Positions 55,383 to 64,000 of a stretch of DNA of 64,000 bases are shown piece after piece. The stretch lies in assembly GCA_965368975.1 (NCBI GenBank), contig CBDUPA010000004.1:32001-96000 (forward strand), written 5' to 3'. The DNA is from an uncultured bacterium (GTDB lineage Bacteria; Acidobacteriota; Thermoanaerobaculia; Multivoradales; JAHZIX01). Both the position numbers and the translations under genes were made by a program. The notes under the pieces were generated by a model. That model saw nothing but the letters and a program-made list of their open reading frames with translations, was not told the origin of the DNA and did not search any database. Within the stretch, counting starts at the first letter, position 1. Every line of letters begins with the position of its first letter.

Positions 55383-56767
55383 GCCTGCCCCTCCGCTACG
55401 TCTTTCCTGGCCACAGATCGACGCAGCACCGTGTCGAGCACCGGCTGCAGCAAGCCTAGCGTTGCCGCGACGGCACCACGGTTGGCATCGATCAGCGAAC
55501 GGCCGCGGGCACCGAGCGCGGCGGCAGCCTCGGCGTCCTGCAGCCAGCGGTCCCACACGGCCGCCAGGCTGGAGGCATCCTCGACGCGCGCCCAAGCCTC
55601 GGCTTCGTCGAAGTGCCCGGCGATCTCGCGGAAGTTGTGCATCGATGGCCCTACCACCACGGGTACCCTGACACAGGCGGCTTCCAGCGGATTGTGACCG
55701 CCGGTGTCGACCAACGTACCGCCGATGAAGGCGCCGCGCGCCAGGCGGTAGAGGGCGGCGAGTTCGCCCAGGCTGTCGAGCAGGACGACATCAGGCGGGG
55801 CCGTTCCCTGTTCGCCGCCTGTGCCCCTCGCGGCCATTTGACTGCGTCGCCGGCACTGCAGTCCCCGTCGTTCGACCAACTGCGCGACCTCGTCCCAGCG
55901 TTCGGGATGCCGAGGCACGAGCACGAGGAGGGCCCGCGCACCGCTACCCAGTTGCGCAAAGGCGTCGAGCACGATCTCATCCTCTCCGGACATCGTCGAG
56001 CCAGCGATCAACAGCGGTCGTTCTCCGGTCAGTCCTTCTCTGGCCAGCCGGCGCAGCCAGGCCTCGACTTCGGGTTTCGACGGCGGCGGCGGCGTCTCGT
56101 ACTTGAGATTACCGGTCACCAGGACGCTGTCCGCCGCGACGCCCAGCTGCAGCAGCCGTTCGCGATCCTGCTCGGTCTGGACGCCGAAGTGAGCGACGGC
56201 GCCGAAGCGCAGGTCGTGCAGCCACGCACCGCGTTTGTGGAGTCGCCGGAAGCCTCGGTCACTCAGGCGGCCGTTGACGACCGCGACGGGCAGGTCTCGC
56301 CGGCGCGCGCGGTCAAGCAGCAGCGGCCAGTAGTCCCCCTCCACCATCACCAGTGCGGCGGGCCGGTGGCGCTCCAGGAAGCGGTCCACGGGCGCGCCGA
56401 AGTCGAACGGCAAGTAGTCGACGGCGGCAGTGCCGGCTTCGAGGCGCGACGCCAGAGCGGCGCGGGCACGCTCCTGACCGGTGGGTGTGACGGTGGTGAC
56501 GAGCAGGGGCAGCTCAGGAGGCAGTGACCGGATCAGCGTCATGGCGACGCCGACCTCGCCCACCGACACGGCGTGCAGCCACAGGGCTCCGGCGGGCGCT
56601 GCCACGCTGGCCTGGCGTAGTCCCAGGCGTGGCGCCAGCGTCGGGCCGTAGTGGCCGCCCTTGCGGGCCAGCAGGAACGGTGCCGCCAGCGCCAATAGTC
56701 CCGCCTGTGCCGCTTGATACCCCCACCAGCCGAGGCGTCTCAGCCAGCTGCCCTTCGATTGCCTCAT
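55379..56767 (-). CDS. waaA: 3-deoxy-D-manno-octulosonic acid (Kdo) transferase
   Basis: WLHAVSVGE, TTVTPTG, YLPFD, NGRLS, GNLKY, LVPRHPER, LDSLGEL..LY, GGHNPLE. Confidence 0.92.
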   Translation of the reverse strand: MRQSKGSWLRRLGWWGYQAAQAGLLALAAPFLLARKGGHYGPTLAPRLGLRQASVAAPAGALWLHAVSVGEVGVAMTLIRSLPPELPLLVTTVTPTGQERARAALASRLEAGTAAVDYLPFDFGAPVDRFLERHRPAALVMVEGDYWPLLLDRARRRDLPVAVVNGRLSDRGFRRLHKRGAWLHDLRFGAVAHFGVQTEQDRERLLQLGVAADSVLVTGNLKYETPPPPSKPEVEAWLRRLAREGLTGERPLLIAGSTMSGEDEIVLDAFAQLGSGARALLVLVPRHPERWDEVAQLVERRGLQCRRRSQMAARGTGGEQGTAPPDVVLLDSLGELAALYRLARGAFIGGTLVDTGGHNPLEAACVRVPVVVGPSMHNFREIAGHFDEAEAWARVEDASSLAAVWDRWLQDAEAAAALGARGRSLIDANRGAVAATLGLLQPVLDTVLRRSVARKDVAEGQA

Positions 56768-56917
56768 GGTGGAGGCCAGTATAGTCTGTCCGTGTGGCCT
56801 TCGCCGCCTTAGACGGGGAGCGGCTGTGTGCCGTACAAGGTGATGACTGTGGACAAAGACATCGAAGCTGCCAACCGGCATGGCCCTGAAGCGTCCAAGA
56901 CCAAGATGTCGCAAACT

Positions 56918-56977
56918 CAGACGCCACAGATCCAGACTCCAGAGACCCAGACTCCAGAGATCCAGACGCCAAAGACC
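56918..56977. repeat. 15-bp tandem repeat x4 upstream of, or at the start of, the ECF sigma gene
   Basis: CAGACGCCACAGATC / CAGACTCCAGAGACC / CAGACTCCAGAGATC / CAGACGCCAAAGACC, read in frame as QTPQI QTPET QTPEI QTPKT. Confidence 0.8.
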
Positions 56978-57031
56978 TGTACGCGATCCAGACTCCGAGA
57001 TTCAGAACCCGACACCCAGGACACCTGCGAT

Positions 57032-57682
57032 ATGGCCACACCACAGCTCGTCTACTCCGCCCACCGCCAGCGCCGGCAACTTGCCGAGGCGACCGATCTG
57101 GAGCTGCTGCAGACGCTGCAGGCAGGCGACGACAGTGCCCTGGACGAGTTGATCGAGCGCAAGACGCAGCCGCTCATCCAGTCGGTCTACCGCATCTTGG
57201 GTGACCTGGAAGAGGCACGCGACATCGTGCAAGTGACTTTCTTGCGCGTCTGGGAGCACCGCGACCGCTTCGATGCTCGCTGGAGTCCCAACACCTGGAT
57301 CTTCCGCATCGCCAACAACTTGGCGATCGATCATCTACGCGCCCGCCGCACACGCCAACGCAGCACAGAGCCCGTGCGTGTGCACCTGCGGCAGGTCGGG
57401 TCCGGTGGTCGCCCCAACAACGCCTCGCGGCTCCAGGAGCGCGAGGTGATGGACATCTTCGAAGAGCTGGCCGGCGAACTGACCGAGAAGCAACGCGCGG
57501 TCTTTCTCCTGCGCGAGGTCGAAGAGCTGCCGTCGCAGGAGGTCGCCGAGATCGTTGGCTGCCGAGAGTCGACGGTGCGCAATCACCTGTTCAACGCGCG
57601 CAAGACGTTGCGTCGTGCGCTTTCCGAGCGCTACCCGGAATACGCAGGCCGCCACCGCGTGCGGCAGGAGGTGGCGGAATGA
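57032..57682 (+). CDS. ECF sigma-70 factor (sigma-24 type)
   Basis: Region 2 EEARDIVQVTFLRVW..TWIFRIANNLAIDHLR. Region 4 LTEKQRAVFLLRE..EVAEI.G...STVRNHLFNARK. Start may instead be 56906. Confidence 0.9.
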   Translation: MATPQLVYSAHRQRRQLAEATDLELLQTLQAGDDSALDELIERKTQPLIQSVYRILGDLEEARDIVQVTFLRVWEHRDRFDARWSPNTWIFRIANNLAIDHLRARRTRQRSTEPVRVHLRQVGSGGRPNNASRLQEREVMDIFEELAGELTEKQRAVFLLREVEELPSQEVAEIVGCRESTVRNHLFNARKTLRRALSERYPEYAGRHRVRQEVAE

Positions 57683-58356
57683 GTCGGCAGGAAGGCTCCC
57701 GTGGATGTCCCAGCGACTGGCTACCGCTGCTCGATCACCGCTTCGATCCCGAGGTCGCCGAGCCGGCCGACTGGCCGCGCCTGCGCGCTCACCTGGACGG
57801 CTGTGCACGTTGCCGCGAAGAAGCCTGCGCCATCGATCCGACGCTGGCCTTCGGGCGCTTGCCCGAGGTGTATGTCGACGCGGCCGATATCGCGTCCATG
57901 AAGCAGGCGGTAGCGACCTTGCGCCGTGGTCGTGAGCTGGAAACCGAGAGTGCGGCGGTCGAGAAGCAGTTGCCGCGCGGGCGCTTTGCGCTGAGCCGGC
58001 GGGTCATGGGATGGGCCGCGGCGGTCACCCTGGTCGTGGCCGGTGGCGGCCTGGCGGAGCGTGCGCTGCAGGACGGCCGGCAGGCTGTCGCGGAGCCGGA
58101 CTCGATGGTCGAGGAGGCTTCTGCGAGTGATCAGACCTTTGCCACCGAGCGCATCGAGATCGTCGCCGATCCGCGCTTGATCCTCGACGATCTGGCCGCG
58201 GATGTGCTGGCCAACGATATCGCCGATGGTCCCATCGTCGAGAGTATCGACCCTGGGTCGACCGTCTATACCCTGGCTTCACAGCCGAGTTCGACGCGCG
58301 CGGCAGTGGCTTGGGTGATCAACCCGTCGGTAGAGCTGCGGCCACCCGGCGTTTGA
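57679..58356 (+). CDS. Zinc-binding (ZAS) membrane anti-sigma factor
   Basis: ATGA overlap with the sigma gene. HLDGCARC (HxxxCxxC) motif, single TM WAAAVTLVVAGG. Confidence 0.8.
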   Translation: MSRQEGSRGCPSDWLPLLDHRFDPEVAEPADWPRLRAHLDGCARCREEACAIDPTLAFGRLPEVYVDAADIASMKQAVATLRRGRELETESAAVEKQLPRGRFALSRRVMGWAAAVTLVVAGGGLAERALQDGRQAVAEPDSMVEEASASDQTFATERIEIVADPRLILDDLAADVLANDIADGPIVESIDPGSTVYTLASQPSSTRAAVAWVINPSVELRPPGV

Positions 58357-58465
58357 CCCCTGTTCGGGCACTGGCTATCTCGAGTAACGATCGACGAACC
58401 ATCTATTGGATCAATTCCCTTCGACCGGTTTCCCTTCGAAGAGGCGTGACGAGGAAGTACCAAGC

Positions 58466-59314
58466 ATGATGCGAGCGCAGTTCGACTGCTCACGGCGCCG
58501 GCTCGTTTCGCCGGCGTTCTTGCTGATCCTGGCGCTGTGCCTGAGCGTTGCTGGAGCCGGTGTCTTGTGGGCGCAAGAGGGCGAGCCGACCGCTTCGACG
58601 CGCGCCTCCCGGCCCGGTACCTCGGCTCCGAGTACCGCTCCTGCTGCGGCGCCGTTGCAACTGCATGCCTATACGCTCGAACACCAGCCGGCCGTCGAGG
58701 TGCTGCCGCTGGTTTACCCACTGCTGTCCGAGCGGGGCACCATTGAGCTGAAGCCACAGGAGAACACACTGGTGGTGCGCGACGTACGTCAGCACATCCA
58801 CCGCATCCTGCCGGTGCTCTACGGCTTCGACCGCCCGAGCCAGGCGATCGACCTCGAGATCCAGCTGGTACGTGCGACGAGTCGCGCCTTCTCGCCGATT
58901 CCTGAAAACCAGGTGCCGGCGCCGCTGCTCGAGGGTCTCAAGGAAGTCATGCCCTACCATAGCTACCAATTGCTCGCCAGTACGCGGCTGAACAGTCGTG
59001 AAGGCGAACAAGTGCAGTACGTGCTGGGCGACGACTACCGCTTCCGCTTCCGTGTCGGCAAGGTGAGTCAGGGTCGCCGGCTGCGTCTGCACGGCCTTCG
59101 TGTCAGCCAACTCGACGTGCCAGAGACGCCTGACAAGAGCGTGCAGCTGACCGATCTGCCAGAGCGCAGCCTCCTCTACGTCAATCTCAATCTCTTTCTG
59201 GGGCAGCCCCTGTATCTCGGCCTCGCGGCCAGCGAGTCGAGTTCCGAGGCGTTGATCCTGGTGCTCACCGCTTACGGTCCGACCGCGCCGAATCCGGGCG
59301 CCGCGGAGCGTTGA
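58466..59314 (+). CDS. Secreted protein with a secretin N-domain (NolW-like) but no secretin barrel
   Basis: Signal/TM segment, then YTLEHQPA.EV.PL..PLLS..G.I......NTLVVRD....I..I......D.P...IDLEIQLV. Confidence 0.6.
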   Translation: MMRAQFDCSRRRLVSPAFLLILALCLSVAGAGVLWAQEGEPTASTRASRPGTSAPSTAPAAAPLQLHAYTLEHQPAVEVLPLVYPLLSERGTIELKPQENTLVVRDVRQHIHRILPVLYGFDRPSQAIDLEIQLVRATSRAFSPIPENQVPAPLLEGLKEVMPYHSYQLLASTRLNSREGEQVQYVLGDDYRFRFRVGKVSQGRRLRLHGLRVSQLDVPETPDKSVQLTDLPERSLLYVNLNLFLGQPLYLGLAASESSSEALILVLTAYGPTAPNPGAAER

Positions 59315-59377
59315 GGCCGGTGCCGTGGATCAGCAGCGTCGTAGATCCGCTGTCGCGCACGGGAGCATGAGTTGAGC

Positions 59378-60610
59378 ATGGAATTTGTTTGCCGTCTGGG
59401 CACGCCCGAAGGGCAAGTGGTCGAAGAGCAGCACCAGGGCCGCGACGAGAGCGCTCTGCGCAACGAGTTGGAGCGTCGCGGTTATCACGTCTTCGAACTG
59501 CGCCGGAAGGGGTTGGGCGGCAAACTGTCGCTCTCGAGGATGTTCAGCAAAGCGCTGGGAACCGGGCCGAAGAAGATCGGAACCGAAGATTTCCTCATCT
59601 TCAACCAGGAGATGGCGGCGCTGCTACGCGCGGGGCTGCCACTGCTCGAAGCGCTCAACTTGATGCTCGAGCGGATGAAGAATCCGGACTTCCGGCCAGT
59701 GCTCGAAGATATCCGTGATCGGGTCAAGACCGGGCAGGATCTGAGCGAGGCTTTCGGCTCCTACGGCGACATGTTTCCGCGCATCTATGCTTCCTCGCTC
59801 AAGGCGGGAGAGCGCAGCGGCGAGATGGAAGGCGTGATCCGACGCTTCATTCGCCACACGCGGCTTGTACTGGACGCGCGCAAGAAAGTCGTTTCGGCGC
59901 TGGTCTACCCGGCTGTGCTGATCGGCCTGTCCGTGGTCATGATCTCGGTGATGGCCATCTACGTGGTACCCAAGTTCAGCGATTTCTACAAGGATCTCGA
60001 CGCCGAGTTGCCGGCCCTGACGCAAGTGACACTGGGGATCGCCGACTTCGCGCGCAGCAACTGGATCTTGATCTTCGCCGCTGTCGTGATCGGCATCTGG
60101 TCGTTCAACCGCTGGCGTCGCACCGAGACCGGTCGGCTGCAATTCGATGCCCTGCGCTTGCGCGTACCGCTGATCGGCTCGATCCTGCACCGCTTCGGTC
60201 TGGCCGAGTTCTGTCGCTCGCTCTCCACCCTGCTCTCCGGCGGCATTCCGCTGGTGCCAGCGCTCGAGATCGCCGTCAGCTCGGTCAGCAACGCCTTTCT
60301 GCGTCACCGGCTACAGCCGGCCATCGATGCGGTGCGCGAAGGCAAGCCGTTTCACGACGCGCTGGAGCACAGCGGTATTTTCACCGACATGTCGATCGAT
60401 ATGGTCAAGGTGGGTGAGGCGACCGGTGCACTGGACGAGATGCTCGGTTCGGTCGCCGACTTCCTGGACGAGCAGGTCGAAGTGCGCATGCAGCGCCTGC
60501 TGTCGCTGGTGGAGCCGACTATGCTGGTGATCATGGGCCTGATCATCGGCCTCCTGCTGATCTCGATCTACCTGCCCTTGTTCAGCGTGATGACCCAGGT
60601 GCAAGGTTGA
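59378..60610 (+). CDS. pilC: Type II secretion/type IV pilus inner-membrane platform protein (PilC/GspF)
   Basis: FNQEMAALLRAGLPL, AGERSG, ALVYP, LSTLLSGGIPL, VGEATGALDEML, LVEP..YLPLF. Confidence 0.9.
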   Translation: MEFVCRLGTPEGQVVEEQHQGRDESALRNELERRGYHVFELRRKGLGGKLSLSRMFSKALGTGPKKIGTEDFLIFNQEMAALLRAGLPLLEALNLMLERMKNPDFRPVLEDIRDRVKTGQDLSEAFGSYGDMFPRIYASSLKAGERSGEMEGVIRRFIRHTRLVLDARKKVVSALVYPAVLIGLSVVMISVMAIYVVPKFSDFYKDLDAELPALTQVTLGIADFARSNWILIFAAVVIGIWSFNRWRRTETGRLQFDALRLRVPLIGSILHRFGLAEFCRSLSTLLSGGIPLVPALEIAVSSVSNAFLRHRLQPAIDAVREGKPFHDALEHSGIFTDMSIDMVKVGEATGALDEMLGSVADFLDEQVEVRMQRLLSLVEPTMLVIMGLIIGLLLISIYLPLFSVMTQVQG

Positions 60611-60721
60611 GCGCGGAATCAGCGACCCCCTAGACGCGACAACCCCCCCAGTCGTTAGATACACTGCCGGCCCCGCGTTCGGCAGACAAAGCCTTCGTGT
60701 CAGAACCATGGAAACGACCTC

Positions 60722-62440
60722 GTGAACGAGACCGCCATCGACAGCGCACCGCCAGAGATCGCTGCTCCTGAGCCAGCCGCACCGGCTGCCATGCAGGTGC
60801 GAGATGGTGCGCTGCCCGAACAGCTGCAGCCGGACATCGAGCTGTCGCCGGCGGCGCAGCGCGAGCAGGAGCGGCGACAGACCCTCGAACTGGCCGAGCG
60901 CTACGGCATCGAGTTTGCCGATGTCACCAGCCTGCGCATCGACAACGACATCTTTCGTCACATCCCCTTCGATCTGATGCTGCGGTACGGTTTCATCCCG
61001 GAGACGCAGCTCGACGGTCGCCTGTCGGTGATCATGGCCGACCCCTCGGACGTCACCAAGATCGATGAGCTGGAGCTGCTGCTCGGGCAGCCGGTGGAGG
61101 TGAAAGCGGGGCAGCCGTCGGCGATCCAGGAGATCCTGGAGAAGTCCGAGAGCGCCCAGCGGGTGCTCGACGAAGCGAGCGAAGACTTCCGCATTCAACT
61201 GGTGCAGGAGGACGAGCAGGGCGAGGAAGTCCTCTCGATCGACCGCATCAGTGCCGACACCAGCCCGATCATCAAGCTGGTCGACTCGACTCTGTTCAAC
61301 GCCATCCAGCGGCGTGCGAGCGATATCCACATCGAGACCCGGGACACCGAGGTCATTATCAAGTACCGCATCGACGGCGTCCTCTACCAGGCGATGGAGC
61401 CGATCGACAAGCGGCACCACCAGACCATCATCAGCCGCATCAAGGTGATGGCGGAGCTGGACATCGCCGAGAAGCGCATCCCGCAGGACGGCCGCTTCAA
61501 GCTGCGCATGGGCGGGCGCACCATCGACTTCCGTGTCTCGATCATGCCGTCGGTGCACGGTGAGGACGCGGTCATCCGTATCTTGGACAAAGAGTCGATG
61601 AACAAGGAGTTCAAGAACCTGCGCCTGGACATCCTGGGCATCGACGACGAGACGCTCAAGAAGCTGCGCAAGTTCATTCGTGAGCCCTACGGCATGGTGC
61701 TGGTCACCGGGCCGACCGGTTCCGGTAAGACGACGACCCTCTACGCCGGTCTGTCCGAGATCCAGAGTTCGGAAGACAAGATCATCACCATCGAGGATCC
61801 GGTCGAGTACCAGCTCAAGGGCATTACCCAGATTCCGGTCAACGAGAAGAAGGGCCTGACCTTCGCGCGCGGTCTGCGCTCGATCCTGCGTCACGACCCG
61901 GACAAGATCATGGTGGGTGAGATCCGCGACGAGGAAACCGCGCAGATCGCCATCCAGTCGGCCCTCACCGGTCACCTGGTGTTCACCACCGTGCACGCCA
62001 ACAACGTGGTCGATGTGCTGGGCCGTTTCCTGAACATGAAGGTCGACCTCTACAACTTCGTGTCGGCGCTCAACTGCGTGCTGGCGCAGCGGTTGGTGCG
62101 CAAGATTTGTGAGCACTGTCGGCGTCCGGCCAAGGTGTCCCGTGAGCTACTGGAAGATAGCAGCCTCGACCCGGAGGTCTACAGCGACTTCACCTTCTAT
62201 GAGGGGGGTGGCTGTATCGAGTGCAACGGCACCGGCTTCACCGGCCGTCTGGCGGTGGCCGAGCTGCTCGACCTGTCGGACAACATTCGTGAGCTGATCC
62301 TGGCGCGCCGGCCGGCGTCGGAGATCAAGCGTGCCGCCAAAGAAGAGGGCATGCGCTTCCTGCGCGAAGCGGCTCTGGACAAAGTCTTCGAGGGAGTGAC
62401 GACGCTCCGTGAGATCAATAAAGTTACCTTCGTGGATTGA
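60722..62440 (+). CDS. pilB: Type IV pilus/T2SS assembly ATPase (PilB/GspE)
   Basis: ASDIHIE, LDIAEKRIPQDGR, GPTGSGKTTT, TIEDPVEY, LRHDPD.IMVGEIRD, TGHLVFTT.H, CxxC..CxxC. Confidence 0.93.
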   Translation: MNETAIDSAPPEIAAPEPAAPAAMQVRDGALPEQLQPDIELSPAAQREQERRQTLELAERYGIEFADVTSLRIDNDIFRHIPFDLMLRYGFIPETQLDGRLSVIMADPSDVTKIDELELLLGQPVEVKAGQPSAIQEILEKSESAQRVLDEASEDFRIQLVQEDEQGEEVLSIDRISADTSPIIKLVDSTLFNAIQRRASDIHIETRDTEVIIKYRIDGVLYQAMEPIDKRHHQTIISRIKVMAELDIAEKRIPQDGRFKLRMGGRTIDFRVSIMPSVHGEDAVIRILDKESMNKEFKNLRLDILGIDDETLKKLRKFIREPYGMVLVTGPTGSGKTTTLYAGLSEIQSSEDKIITIEDPVEYQLKGITQIPVNEKKGLTFARGLRSILRHDPDKIMVGEIRDEETAQIAIQSALTGHLVFTTVHANNVVDVLGRFLNMKVDLYNFVSALNCVLAQRLVRKICEHCRRPAKVSRELLEDSSLDPEVYSDFTFYEGGGCIECNGTGFTGRLAVAELLDLSDNIRELILARRPASEIKRAAKEEGMRFLREAALDKVFEGVTTLREINKVTFVD

Positions 62441-63497
62441 ACGTCTGCTGGGCGTCGATCCGCGCCCGGTGCCGTCGCACGTCTTCGCGATCGAAGACGG
62501 TCGGATGACCTATGCGGACTTCGAGCGGCGTCAGGGACTGCGTTCCGGCAGCGCCTTGGTGCTGCGCCACCATGCCAGCATCGAGCTACCCGAAGATGTC
62601 TTCCAAAGCGGCCTGCTGGGCGGTCCGGTGAGCGACGAAGCCGTGTTCGAAGACGCGCTCGAGCAGCTCCTGGCCAGTGCCGACATGGCGACCGGTGGCG
62701 GGAGTGGCGGTAAAGGCGGGAGTGGCAAGAAAGGCGGTCGACCCATCGAAGCCTGCCTGGTGGTGCCGGATGCCTGGCTGCGCCTGGCCTTCAGCGAGAT
62801 CGGCGAGCTGCCACGCACTGCCGGCGAGCGCGAGCAGGTCCTACGCTGGAAGTTGAAGCGCCTGGTGCCCTTCCGCGTCGACGAGCTGCGCGTCCAGGGC
62901 GTCGAGGTGGTGCCGCTGAGCGGTCAGCCCGCTGGCGAGCCACGACGGTTGCTGCTCGGCTTCGCACTCGAACGGTTGATGAGCCAGCTCGAAGACCTGT
63001 TCGGTCGCGCGGGCGTGCGGCTGGGCTGGATCTCCAACCACAGTCTCAGCCTGCTGGCCGCGCTCGACCTCGCTGGCAGGTTCGATGGAGGCAGCGATGC
63101 TGCCTCCTCCGGTACCGAACTGGTAGCGGTGGCACGGGTGCGCGAGGACGGTTACTCTTTGCTCTTCACCCTCGGTGGTGATCCGGTGCTGCAGCGCTAC
63201 AAGGCCGCTGCCGGTGCGACGCCCGAGGACGCCGCCGCCCGCTTGGTGCGTCGCGACCTTCGGTTGACCCGCTCCTTCCTGGAAGAAAAGCTCCCCGGCC
63301 ACGTGCTCGACCACACCTTGTTCGTCGGGCCATCGCACCTCGAAGATGCCTGGACGCAGTGGCTCGAAGAGGGGCTCGGTGCGCCGGTGGCCCGAATCGA
63401 TGAACAGCGGGTCTTGGACGTCGACTTCGCCGTCGCCGCGCCGTCCTGGAGTCACCTGGCGCCGCTGGTCGGCGCCGTCCGCCAGGAGGTCGCATGA
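62409..63497 (+). CDS. PilM/GspL-like cytoplasmic pilus assembly protein
   Basis: Position between pilB and pilN. CLVVPD..R, ..RWKLKRLVPF, L.LT..F pattern of PilM-like proteins. Start uncertain. Confidence 0.65.
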   Translation: MRSIKLPSWIERLLGVDPRPVPSHVFAIEDGRMTYADFERRQGLRSGSALVLRHHASIELPEDVFQSGLLGGPVSDEAVFEDALEQLLASADMATGGGSGGKGGSGKKGGRPIEACLVVPDAWLRLAFSEIGELPRTAGEREQVLRWKLKRLVPFRVDELRVQGVEVVPLSGQPAGEPRRLLLGFALERLMSQLEDLFGRAGVRLGWISNHSLSLLAALDLAGRFDGGSDAASSGTELVAVARVREDGYSLLFTLGGDPVLQRYKAAAGATPEDAAARLVRRDLRLTRSFLEEKLPGHVLDHTLFVGPSHLEDAWTQWLEEGLGAPVARIDEQRVLDVDFAVAAPSWSHLAPLVGAVRQEVA

Positions 63498-64000
63498 GTC
63501 GCAGTCGTGTTGCCGAGCGCGATCGTCGCGGGGACGGGCTCAACCTGGCGCGCCAGCCGTTCCGCAACCTGCGTCCCATCGTGCGCTTGGCGGTCCTGCT
63601 GTGGCTGTTCGGTGGCGGCTTGCTGGTCGTCAACGCCGTGCAGTACTGGGGCTACTTCACTGGTTCGGAAGACCGCCGCGCCGAATTGGAGCAGCTACAA
63701 GGGCAGGTCGAAGAACACCGGCAGGACATCGAGGACCTGGAAGCCCGCTTCCGCAGCCTCGACCTGCGTCGCCAGAATGCCGAGGTTCGCTTCCTCAACC
63801 ACAAGATCGGCGAACGCGCCTTCTCTTGGAGCGGCCTGTTCGATCGCCTGGCCGACGTGCTGCCCAACGATGTGCGCCTGGTGTCGCTGTCGCCCGAGAC
63901 CGAGCGCAGGGAGAGCGGCAGGTCACGCCGCTCGGCAGGTGATGACGATCTTGCCGAAGGAGAGATTCGACTGGGTATCATCGGCGTCGCCCGTACACCG
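63494..64000 (+). CDS. PilN-like protein (runs off the window)
   Basis: ATGA overlap, GGAGG RBS. LNLARQPF, TM, coiled coil, FSWSGLFDRLADVLP.DVRLVSLSP. Confidence 0.75.
   Translation, partial: MSRSRVAERDRRGDGLNLARQPFRNLRPIVRLAVLLWLFGGGLLVVNAVQYWGYFTGSEDRRAELEQLQGQVEEHRQDIEDLEARFRSLDLRRQNAEVRFLNHKIGERAFSWSGLFDRLADVLPNDVRLVSLSPETERRESGRSRRSAGDDDLAEGEIRLGIIGVARTP

Noticed and set aside
60311-62116. 601-aa minus-strand ORF
   Set aside because: Antisense shadow of pilC/pilB, as expected from high-GC codon bias; no motifs.

Overview
GC-rich (about two-thirds G+C), gene-dense bacterial chromosomal segment of a diderm: it carries lipid A/Kdo genes (waaA, lpxK), type IV pilus/T2SS assembly genes, a DUF1800/DUF1501 pair and an ECF sigma/anti-sigma pair. 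The overall gene content resembles Acidobacteriota, which is an inference. I found no rRNA, tRNA or CRISPR array. About 50 CDSs can be supported. Two loci stand out. (1) 290-8527 is a tightly coupled six-gene operon with two zinc-ribbon TRAFAC GTPases, two different GAP1-like (GTPase-associated) proteins, a small membrane coiled-coil protein and a large membrane-anchored helical protein. It looks like an unusual, membrane-linked variant of the double-GTPase conflict/defence systems and has no recognisable toxin effector. (2) 14698-19014 is an operon in which a His/Cys-rich SO_0444/ArsP-type metal permease is fused to an HflK-type SPFH domain and followed by its own HflC and a second HflK, with no ftsH in the window. 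This suggests an HflKC-type cage built around a metal transporter. Other oddities are a hybrid histidine kinase lacking its phosphoacceptor His, a radical SAM enzyme with tetraether-synthase(Tes)/MJ0619-like motifs, a degenerate DUF4268 nuclease, a stand-alone integrase N-terminal domain, a degenerate LpxL, a lipoprotein tyrosinase, zinc-free ribosomal protein genes outside the main r-protein operons, a REPIN, and repeated 12-29 bp tandem micro-duplications. All family calls come from motif recognition by eye; no database search was run.
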